64,000 nt of DNA from an uncultured Candidatus Saccharibacteria bacterium (GTDB lineage: Bacteria > Patescibacteriota > WWE3 > UBA101185 > UBA10185). Below the pieces are notes generated by a model. That model did no database searches, had not been told where the DNA came from, and saw only the letters and a list, made by a program, of their open reading frames with translations. The DNA is taken from positions 227,436 through 291,435 of the forward strand of contig CAYLVW010000001.1 of the NCBI GenBank assembly GCA_964387275.1. Reading direction: 5' to 3'. The stretch's first letter is position 1, and every line of letters starts with the position of its first letter. Below, one piece after another: positions 56,787 to 64,000 of this stretch. A program made the translations under genes and the position numbers.

Positions 56787-57287
56787 TTAAACTAATCTTG
56801 ATATAACCAGAGCATAAATATAAAAACCAGCTACATAGAATAAAACAAGGAAACTAACCCCAGTCACAATAACTTTATTAGTTAATATACTCTTATCACC
56901 AAGTTCTTGGATTTTCACCAAGATTTCTTGATTACCTGTATCACTTACAAAACTTTCTAGTAGTTTATGGCGTTCTTGTAAATAATTAAGCCCGTCACTT
57001 ATGTTATAGATATAAATACTAATAAACAGAAGCAACGGTAGAAGCGCCCAGAAAACTGACAGTTTTGAAAGACCTGCCCCATACCTCATAACTATAAACA
57101 TAAATAATAGGCTTAAAGATGCATTTATAGGTATTTGAAGAAGATCCATTGCATTAACATCTTTAATTTTCTTTTTAGTGCAATAGTTCCAGACAAAGTC
57201 TACATTTATGATGGAAGCGTAGAGACATAAAGCCATGCCAACCAAGATAATTACTAGTGACATCGGATTTTCTATATATACTGTCAT
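56787..57287 (-). CDS. Hypothetical membrane protein (166 aa, 4-5 TM)
   Basis: Hydrophobic ORF; unassigned. Confidence 0.45.
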   Translation of the reverse strand: MTVYIENPMSLVIILVGMALCLYASIINVDFVWNYCTKKKIKDVNAMDLLQIPINASLSLLFMFIVMRYGAGLSKLSVFWALLPLLLFISIYIYNISDGLNYLQERHKLLESFVSDTGNQEILVKIQELGDKSILTNKVIVTGVSFLVLFYVAGFYIYALVISRLV

Positions 57288-57380
57288 TTTCTCCTACTTT
57301 CTTATGAGATTTTAGCATATGCTTATATCTTTAAGAAAACAGTTGAAATTCCAAGCTAAACATAGTAATATCACTCAGTT

Positions 57381-57677
57381 ATGGCATACGCTGTTATAAG
57401 ACTAGGAGGAAAACAAATCAAAGTTTCCGAAGGTCAGACATTTGAAATAGAGTCAGTTTCATCATTAGATAATGAGGTTTTAGCCTATTCCGACGGTAAA
57501 AAGGTTGAGTTTGGCCTTCCTATTGTAAAAGGGGCCACTGTAGTCTTAGAAAAAGTGGAAGAAAAAAATGCCGATAAGATTAGGGTAGTTAAATTTAAGG
57601 CTAAGTCTAGGTACAAAAGACAGGTAGGACACAAACAACCTATGTTCGTACTAAAAGTTAAGTCTATTTCTAAATAA
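57381..57677 (+). CDS. rplU: 50S ribosomal protein bL21
   Basis: MAYAVIRLGGKQIKVSEGQTFEIE is the canonical bL21 N-terminus. Confidence 0.9.
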   Translation: MAYAVIRLGGKQIKVSEGQTFEIESVSSLDNEVLAYSDGKKVEFGLPIVKGATVVLEKVEEKNADKIRVVKFKAKSRYKRQVGHKQPMFVLKVKSISK

Positions 57678-57686
57678 GGAAATCAT

Positions 57687-57956
57687 ATGGCCCATAAAAA
57701 AGCAGGATCATCAAAAGCAACACAAAAAGGAAACGTTAGAGGTAAAAGACTTGGAATTAAAGCTAGTGGAGGATCTGTAGTAAAACCGGGTCAAATCATT
57801 GTAAGACAAAGAGGTAAGGATTTTAATCCTGGAGAGAATGTGGACATGGGTAAAGATTTCACAATCTTTTCTTTGATTGCTGGAGTGGTTGAGTTTGTAA
57901 ACGTGACTAGAAAAAAGAAAAAAATAAACGTAATTGATCCTTCGGTTCTAGAGTAG
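57687..57956 (+). CDS. rpmA: 50S ribosomal protein bL27
   Basis: [43 protein letters not shown] is the canonical bL27. Confidence 0.9.
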   Translation: MAHKKAGSSKATQKGNVRGKRLGIKASGGSVVKPGQIIVRQRGKDFNPGENVDMGKDFTIFSLIAGVVEFVNVTRKKKKINVIDPSVLE

Positions 57957-58018
57957 TTCGATTTTTTCATCGTATCAAAAGCATATTTTGTAAACCCCAG
58001 TCTCTAGTTTCAAATAAG

Positions 58019-58573
58019 TTATTCGTGTTTTATTATCCTAAGTTTATCAAAGGGGTAATAAACCATAAAAGCGCGGCCAACTATGTTTTCTTTGTTTACA
58101 AAGCCAAACTCTCTTGAATCTGCACTGTTTTCTCTATTATCCCCAAGAAGCATAAAATTATTTTTTGGTACTACTATCTCATTATTTTGACCAATAGATT
58201 TGCCTCCAAGTGTAGAGTGGGGAGTTTCCAGATATTTTTCATTTAGAATCTCATCATTTATATAGATATCACCATTGATTATTCGTACTTTGTCGCCTTC
58301 TATTGCAATAATTCTTTTTATTAGCAGCCTATTTAAATTTACAGGATGTTTAAAGACTACTATTTCCCCCCTTTGCAATGGAGAAAATTTTAATGAAGCT
58401 TTATCTGCGATTATTTGCTCATCGGTTAGCAACGTTGGGTGCATGGAATCTCCTGTGACTACTAGTAGTTGACCTAAGAAAAAATAAACTAGAGTAAAAA
58501 TAACTGTACATATTACAGCAATCTCTATGAAGTCAATAAATATTAGAAAGCTGTTTTTTAGTAATTTGGCCAT
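58019..58573 (-). CDS. lepB: Signal peptidase I (S26 family)
   Basis: N-terminal TM anchor, Ser box GDSMHPTL, Lys box RIIAIEGDKV, and box E LGDNRENSADSREFG. Confidence 0.85.
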   Translation of the reverse strand: MAKLLKNSFLIFIDFIEIAVICTVIFTLVYFFLGQLLVVTGDSMHPTLLTDEQIIADKASLKFSPLQRGEIVVFKHPVNLNRLLIKRIIAIEGDKVRIINGDIYINDEILNEKYLETPHSTLGGKSIGQNNEIVVPKNNFMLLGDNRENSADSREFGFVNKENIVGRAFMVYYPFDKLRIIKHE

Positions 58574-58637
58574 TTAACAATTTTAGATCTTAATGTGATA
58601 ATATGCTATAGTTCCTTCTTAGAGATTGCACTATTTT

Positions 58638-58714
58638 GGGCTTATAGCTCAGCTGGTCAGAGCGCTGCATTCACATTGCAGAGGTCCTTGGTTCGAGCCC
58701 AAGTAAGCCCACCA
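58638..58714 (+). tRNA. tRNA-Val (anticodon CAC), CCA encoded
   Basis: GGGCTTA acceptor pairs with TAAGCCC. D-arm GCTC/GAGC, anticodon stem CTGCA/TGCAG with loop TTCACAT, T-arm CTTGG-TTCGAGC-CCAAG, 3' ACCA. Confidence 0.85.
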
Positions 58715-58851
58715 AGCTATTTAGTTACTAAAGAATCTTAGTAAATTAGGATGAAATGCACTAAGCTAAAAAGAGAAAATCTCATCAATGTTAGTTTTCT
58801 TCTATAAATAATTTGCTAATCCCTTTAGATTTGTAGTTATCAGAAAAGTTT

Positions 58852-59862
58852 TTATTTTTCCTCTTCTAGTTTTTGAGCAAGGTATAAGACCTGAGTGATG
58901 GCATCATCTAAGCTATCAGCAGTAACAGCACCACCTGCTGCCATATTATGACCTCCACCATTAAGTTTTTCGGCTAATCTTAGTACATTAAAATCTTTAT
59001 GATGAGATCTAAAACTTAAGCTATAAATATTGGAGTCTTTTTCTCTAACGACAAATACAAAATCCATATTTTCTAATGTTGAGATAAGATTAGAGGGTAC
59101 TGCTGTTGCTTCATCCAACTCTATTTTGTGGGTTTTTAGATCTTGTTTAGTTATGGTTGAATAAGCAATTTTTCGTTTTGGAACTACTCTTAAGTTAGTG
59201 TAAACTAGGCCTTTTAGCTTCATATTATCCAATGATTCATTATTTGATAAGTCGTACATTATTTTATAATTATCAACACCGTTTTTTACTAAGTAAGCAA
59301 TCATTTCGTAATCCATATATGTAGTTGCAGCGTTTTTAAAAAACATAGTGTCAAAAAGGGTTGCTAGAAAATAAGTTTCACCAAACTTCATATCTATATC
59401 AATATCTGCTTCCCTAAACATTGAAAACAATACTGTACAAGTAGATCCATAGTTTTTAACAAAGTTATATTCCCCAAATAATGTATTGCTGGCATGGTGG
59501 TCAATATTTATAGTACGTATACCCTCTACTAATTTAAATTCCATTGTTTTACTTATATGTTCGAGATTACCAGAATCAAGAAATATCTGAGTATCATAGA
59601 GTGAAAAATCAATATCTGTTGCTGGTTTAATTTCTTGTTTAATAAAACTAATATCGGTATATTTTTCAGCTAGTTCTTTTATACTTCCTGAAATACCATC
59701 ATCTAAAGTAACAGTCACATTCTTACCTAATTTGTCGACTAAGTATCCACGCATTATAGCTGCGCTGCCTAAAGCATCGTAGTCTACCCTTGAATCCATA
59801 CAAATGATTACATTATTTGATAGTTTTAGCTGTTCTATTATTTCGCTGGCTGAGTTTTGCAT
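58852..59862 (-). CDS. DHH/DHHA1 phosphoesterase (NrnA-like nanoRNase/pAp phosphatase)
   Basis: DHH motif (NIDHHASNT), N-terminal Asp-rich metal site (CMDSRVDYDALGS) and DHHA1 GGGH motif (GGGHNMAAGG). Confidence 0.75.
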   Translation of the reverse strand: MQNSASEIIEQLKLSNNVIICMDSRVDYDALGSAAIMRGYLVDKLGKNVTVTLDDGISGSIKELAEKYTDISFIKQEIKPATDIDFSLYDTQIFLDSGNLEHISKTMEFKLVEGIRTINIDHHASNTLFGEYNFVKNYGSTCTVLFSMFREADIDIDMKFGETYFLATLFDTMFFKNAATTYMDYEMIAYLVKNGVDNYKIMYDLSNNESLDNMKLKGLVYTNLRVVPKRKIAYSTITKQDLKTHKIELDEATAVPSNLISTLENMDFVFVVREKDSNIYSLSFRSHHKDFNVLRLAEKLNGGGHNMAAGGAVTADSLDDAITQVLYLAQKLEEEK

Positions 59863-59897
59863 AATGTGAAGATTTTATATTAGTTTAACCGCAAAAG

Positions 59898-61133
59898 CTA
59901 CTTGCTTTTGTCGTAAGATTCCAATAAATGCCATAAATCTAAATACCTACCATCGTACCCTAATGCCCAGATGCCAACTCCTGCTAATTGCATTTCGTTA
60001 GCATAGTCAAATTTATACTTCAGTGATTCTTTGTTTTCATAATAAACCTGTCTATAAGCATCATGTTCAGAGTTGTAATAAGTAAAATAAGGCACCTTAG
60101 CAACATCATCCCACTTAGGTTGTATATTATATGTTTCTATAATCTGCATAATATCTTGGTAGGTCTGGGCTCTTGCTCCAAAATCTGTAGTACCTAATAC
60201 ATTATTACTACTCTTTCTTGAGTAAGGTTCTGTTGTTGTAACTGGCCAGTTGTACCCATAGTAGGGAACACCCAGTAGTATTTTAGACGTTGGGGCATTT
60301 GCAATGTAGTCTTTTACAGTGGTACGGATATCGTATTCAGCGACAGTTCCTATACCATCAAGCGGTGCTGTAGGGCCCGCGTATTCTGATCCTGATGTTC
60401 TAAAATCATACCCCATGATAAAAATTAGGTCGACACTACTTGAAATTTCTTTTATATCAGTTATACGTTGTTTTCTATTAGAATCTGCAAACGCAGAAAC
60501 CGCCAATATAGAGTTACTGTCATGTTCTTTTATAAAATTACTGTAATGTTTAACAAATTTAGTGAATTTGTCTGTTAGTTCTTTATCTGTATAAGTTGAA
60601 TATTCAAAGTTTAAATGTACATCTGAAATTTTGTGATAGCTCAGCTCTTCAAGTGTTGTTTCTTCTAGTTTTTCCCAACAACTGACACAATTTAAAAAGT
60701 TCTCTGTTGTTTCGTCATTGTGTGAAATTAAAGTTAGAGAATATCTAGTGCCGTATTTTTTAGCTTCATTTATAGATTTCTTTAAGTCTTGGTTGTTTTT
60801 CCAATTATTGTACCCGGGTTCTATATTCCCGTCTGAGTCATATTTTTTAATTGAACCGTCGGGATTTATATACAGACCAAAATATGCAACATCAGTAAGA
60901 TGTTCGTATTTTAGGTTTTCCGTCTCCTTAATATTCCAGTATGGTAGGAATCCATAGATGAATTTTTCATGCTTTTGCGTTTTGTTACCAAACAACGAGC
61001 TTATACTAAACCCGTTGCTAAGTGGGGATATCAAGTCAATTTTAATGTCTAATGTATTAATAAGAAGTCCCACTACTGCGAATATAAGAGACAACAATAC
61101 TGTTAATGCTATTATTCTTACTCTGACTGCCAT
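59898..61133 (-). CDS. GH18-like (chitinase/YaaH-like peptidoglycan hydrolase fold) membrane-anchored protein with a degenerate catalytic motif
   Basis: N-terminal TM. GH18 landmarks are YGFLPYWN, MGYDF and LGVPYYGYNW; the DxxDxDxE motif is replaced by SDVHLNFEY (Glu retained, Asp residues substituted). Confidence 0.5.
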   Translation of the reverse strand: MAVRVRIIALTVLLSLIFAVVGLLINTLDIKIDLISPLSNGFSISSLFGNKTQKHEKFIYGFLPYWNIKETENLKYEHLTDVAYFGLYINPDGSIKKYDSDGNIEPGYNNWKNNQDLKKSINEAKKYGTRYSLTLISHNDETTENFLNCVSCWEKLEETTLEELSYHKISDVHLNFEYSTYTDKELTDKFTKFVKHYSNFIKEHDSNSILAVSAFADSNRKQRITDIKEISSSVDLIFIMGYDFRTSGSEYAGPTAPLDGIGTVAEYDIRTTVKDYIANAPTSKILLGVPYYGYNWPVTTTEPYSRKSSNNVLGTTDFGARAQTYQDIMQIIETYNIQPKWDDVAKVPYFTYYNSEHDAYRQVYYENKESLKYKFDYANEMQLAGVGIWALGYDGRYLDLWHLLESYDKSK

Positions 61134-61172
61134 CAGTAAATTATATATGATAATGCTAAAATTATATTAATC

Positions 61173-62348
61173 ATGTCTAGTAGAAACGCACTTTTAGTTA
61201 TATTAACACTCACAGCTTTATCTACCGGTTTCTACTTTCTAACTAAAGTAGAAAAGTTCTCAAAATTAAGTTTTATGTCTTTGCGTCAGGTAAATGATTT
61301 GCAATATACTCCTGACTGTATTTTTGAAGAGGAAGTATCTTATTACGAGTATTCAACGCCTGAGTCTGATCCAAAAATGCAGAAAACCAATAAATTTGGA
61401 TTATATGTATATGCAGAGAATGCAAAATTTTTCGAGCTTGCTCAAAATCTTGTTAATTCAAACGGTGGGGATTGGGGATTTGTGCTTATACCTTACAACA
61501 TTGAAGATACTGATTCAGAGAAATGGGAGAGAGTATTTGAACAGCTTCGTTCTAAACACCTAATACCTGTAATACAGTTACACGCTGAAGACTTATCTAA
61601 TTACAAATCTGATACAGATAGATCTGCCAAGTTTTTAAACTCATTTGTTTGGCCTGCAAAAGAAAGGTACATAAGCGTGTACAATGAAATGAATGACTCC
61701 AGATTTTGGTTTAATAAAGCAGATCCAAACGAATATGCACGGGTACTTGATTATACTATTGATGCCTTTAAGAAAGTTAATACTAACTACAAAATAATGA
61801 ATGGTGCTCTTAATGTTAGTGCCACAGCAGGAAACGGTTATATAGATGCATTCGAGTTTATGAAAAAAATGAATGAAGAGAAACCTGGTATTTTTGAGAG
61901 ATTAGACTATTGGGCATCGCATCCATACCCACAACCCGGTTTTAGAGGTAAACCTACAGATACAGGTAGAAATAGCATTAAGGCTTACTATGATGAGTTA
62001 TATTTTCTTCATAACAATTTGAAAATTTCCAAAGAATTGAAAGTTTTTATTACTGAAACAGGATGGCCTCATGCAGAGGGTGAGGAATATAACCCTTCTT
62101 ACTATAATATAGACACCGTGTCTACTTACACAAAAGAAGCTTTTGAAAAGGTTTGGCTGCCGGACCCGTTAGTTATGGCTGTTATGCCTTTTACAATTTG
62201 GTATAACAAACCATTTGATCATTTTTCGTGGATTAACAACGACTATGTGCCATATGCCCACTACGAAACCATTAAAAATATGGAGAAAATTTCAGGTAAT
62301 CAATCAGTGCTAGTGCCCCATACCTCTAAAACAAAAATTTGTAATTAA
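61173..62348 (+). CDS. Secreted/membrane-anchored clan GH-A (TIM-barrel) glycoside hydrolase-like protein
   Basis: N-terminal TM/signal. Candidate acid/base NE (SVYNEMND) and nucleophile ITETGWP motifs are separated by about 125 residues, as in GH5/GH17-type enzymes. Confidence 0.5.
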   Translation: MSSRNALLVILTLTALSTGFYFLTKVEKFSKLSFMSLRQVNDLQYTPDCIFEEEVSYYEYSTPESDPKMQKTNKFGLYVYAENAKFFELAQNLVNSNGGDWGFVLIPYNIEDTDSEKWERVFEQLRSKHLIPVIQLHAEDLSNYKSDTDRSAKFLNSFVWPAKERYISVYNEMNDSRFWFNKADPNEYARVLDYTIDAFKKVNTNYKIMNGALNVSATAGNGYIDAFEFMKKMNEEKPGIFERLDYWASHPYPQPGFRGKPTDTGRNSIKAYYDELYFLHNNLKISKELKVFITETGWPHAEGEEYNPSYYNIDTVSTYTKEAFEKVWLPDPLVMAVMPFTIWYNKPFDHFSWINNDYVPYAHYETIKNMEKISGNQSVLVPHTSKTKICN

Positions 62349-62385
62349 AGTATTGTATTAATTTAAGCTTTCTATTAGTAAATCA

Positions 62386-63684
62386 TTGTATAATTCAATT
62401 ATGAACCCTAGTGGTACAGCTAAAATTTTATTTAAGAACACTTTTTTTCAACTTTTAGCCAAATTTATAACAATGTCGGTTACATTAGTAGCCACTATGA
62501 TACTTACTAGAACGTATGGTAGAGAGGGGTATGGTGATTTTAACTTAATGCAAAACTTCCCAGCTATTTTTTTTGTTATTGTTGATTTTGGCTTAAACGC
62601 TATCGCTGTTAAAGAAATGTCTAAATCTGAAAAAAGCGAAAGTTATTGGTTTAATAATATCTTTTGGTTTAGAACATTATTTTCTCTGGTGTTAATAGGT
62701 GTTCTTTGGTTGGGACTGTACCTTTTTCCGTATGCGGAATCCCTTAGGTTTGGTATTCAACTTGGACTTTTTGTTATTCTTACGCAATCTTTTTTTAACT
62801 CTGCATCTATTATCTACCAATCAAAACTCAGATATGATCTGGCCTCCATTGGTCCCATTGCAGGATCCCTAATAATTTTTATGCTAGTTTTATTGATGTC
62901 ACATTTTAAAGTACAAATATCATTTGTTAACTTTAGTTATGTTATAGGAGGTCTGGTCGTATTATTGGTAAACTATTTTGCTATTAGAACGCTGGGTATT
63001 AAATTTAGCTTTTCAATGGACCCTCAATTTATAAAACGGCTGGTGATTCAGTCTTTGCCTCTCGGATTAATGTTCATATTTAGTCAAATTAATTTTAAAG
63101 CCGATTCTATACTGTTGTCTATTCTACAAGTACCTGAGTACTTACATCTTAACAATTCAGAAGCTGTAGCTGTATACGGTCTTCCTTATAAAATTTTTGA
63201 AGTATTTCTTGTATTACCTACTTTCTATATGAACTCGTTATATCCACTTCTTGTTCAGAAGTTTAATACAGATAAAAACGGTAAAGACTTATATGACTTT
63301 ATTGTAAAAAACCTTTTAACGTTATTTCTTGGGGGAATTACAATCGGGTCATTGGGCTACTTATTCTCTGACACAATTGTAGTAATTTTAGGGGGTTATC
63401 AGTTTGTTCAATCTATAGAGGTTGCGCAGATTTTACTTGGCGGCATCGTACTTTTTTTTATAACTCAACCACTTGCTTGGTTACTTGTGCTTTTTGACAA
63501 ACAGTCTTATCTGCCAATAATTTATCTTGTTAGTGCATGTTTTAATGTTTTGTGTAACTATTTTTTTATACCGATTGGTTCTTTTTACGCTTCTGCTACA
63601 ATTACACTTATTTCTGAACTGCTGATACTTTTAATGCTTATTCCTACTGTAATTATAGTGTGGAGAAAACATTATGTTGCTTAA
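62386..63684 (+). CDS. MOP-superfamily flippase (Wzx/polysaccharide biosynthesis protein-like), about 12 TM
   Basis: 432-aa polytopic membrane protein with an N-terminal LLAKFITMSVTLVATMILTRTYGREGYGDF segment like the Polysacc_synt family. Confidence 0.5.
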   Translation: MYNSIMNPSGTAKILFKNTFFQLLAKFITMSVTLVATMILTRTYGREGYGDFNLMQNFPAIFFVIVDFGLNAIAVKEMSKSEKSESYWFNNIFWFRTLFSLVLIGVLWLGLYLFPYAESLRFGIQLGLFVILTQSFFNSASIIYQSKLRYDLASIGPIAGSLIIFMLVLLMSHFKVQISFVNFSYVIGGLVVLLVNYFAIRTLGIKFSFSMDPQFIKRLVIQSLPLGLMFIFSQINFKADSILLSILQVPEYLHLNNSEAVAVYGLPYKIFEVFLVLPTFYMNSLYPLLVQKFNTDKNGKDLYDFIVKNLLTLFLGGITIGSLGYLFSDTIVVILGGYQFVQSIEVAQILLGGIVLFFITQPLAWLLVLFDKQSYLPIIYLVSACFNVLCNYFFIPIGSFYASATITLISELLILLMLIPTVIIVWRKHYVA

Positions 63685-64000
63685 GTATTTGTTACACTTA
63701 TGCTTAGCACTTTTAGTTTTAGGACAATTTACTAGATTTAGTAGAGGTGAATTTAGTCTTTATATAAGTGACATTGCAGTATTGTCCTTCGGTTTAGTTG
63801 GATTTATATTCTTCATTTTAAAAAAGAACTTATATGTCTCATATTCATTTTTGCTTTATACGATTTTCATTTTATATTGTTTAGTAACCCTTTTCTTAAA
63901 ATTTGAAGTTTATAGCATTAATCAGTTACTTGTTGCTGCCTCTTATATTGTAAGACTTGCTTCGTATCTTGGAGCTGCAGTAGTTGTTTCTAACATGCTA
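63674..64000 (+). CDS. Integral membrane protein, N-terminal part (continues beyond the window); possibly a polysaccharide polymerase/ligase-type protein
   Basis: ATG at 63674 overlapping the flippase stop. The frame is open to the window end and consists of successive hydrophobic helices. Confidence 0.4.
   Translation, partial: MLLKYLLHLCLALLVLGQFTRFSRGEFSLYISDIAVLSFGLVGFIFFILKKNLYVSYSFLLYTIFILYCLVTLFLKFEVYSINQLLVAASYIVRLASYLGAAVVVSNML

Noticed and set aside
1-64000. CRISPR arrays, rRNA genes, transposases/integrases, or alternative genetic code
   Set aside because: I found no regularly spaced direct repeats, no rRNA-like conserved stretches and no recognisable transposase or integrase. 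TGA terminates eno and other genes, so the code is standard.

Overview
This is a low-GC (about 35-38%), densely packed bacterial chromosomal window coded almost entirely on the + strand with the standard genetic code (TGA is a stop, e.g. at the end of eno). The gene content and style (short intergenic spacers, many 4-nt start/stop overlaps, few Shine-Dalgarno sequences, many small unassignable membrane proteins) fit a reduced-genome, possibly CPR/Patescibacteria-like organism, but that is an inference from composition only.

Recognisable content:
- Cell-surface polysaccharide genes at both window edges: a GT1 glycosyltransferase, a Bac_transf sugar-phosphate transferase, a DUF4012-like membrane protein, then a GH18-like protein, a clan GH-A hydrolase, a Wzx-like flippase and a partial membrane protein.
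- recO and glyQS.
- A split division/cell-wall (dcw) cluster: mraZ-rsmH-ftsL-ftsI at 5.6-9.1 kb and murA-mraY-ftsW-murG-ftsQ-ftsA-ftsZ at 32.4-40.7 kb.
- A YraN-like nuclease followed by an orphan receiver domain and a sensor histidine kinase.
- A phosphohexomutase, PEP synthase, enolase, and a dPGM-type histidine phosphatase.
- A complete SOS/nucleotide-excision-repair set: lexA divergent from uvrB, plus uvrA and a short uvrC.
- A class A PBP and secG.
- A class II B12-dependent ribonucleotide reductase followed by a PduO-type cobalamin adenosyltransferase.
- ileS, sppA, bL21/bL27, lepB, tRNA-Val(CAC) and a DHH/DHHA1 phosphoesterase.

The least explained part is 47.3-57.3 kb, which contains:
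- several unassignable ORFs, including a GGQ (RF-1 domain) protein with an N-terminal extension;
- a single about 57% GC gene that is clearly compositionally foreign, followed by a 532-bp non-coding tract;
- a run of five small membrane-protein genes bracketed by two near-identical 49-nt GC-rich palindromic elements.

Candidate regulatory elements are visible: phased TGGTG repeats upstream of mraZ, palindromes in the lexA-uvrB spacer, a 13-mer shared by uvrA/uvrB/uvrC, and an 11-bp inverted repeat at the ftsZ start. No CRISPR array, rRNA or recognisable transposase was seen.
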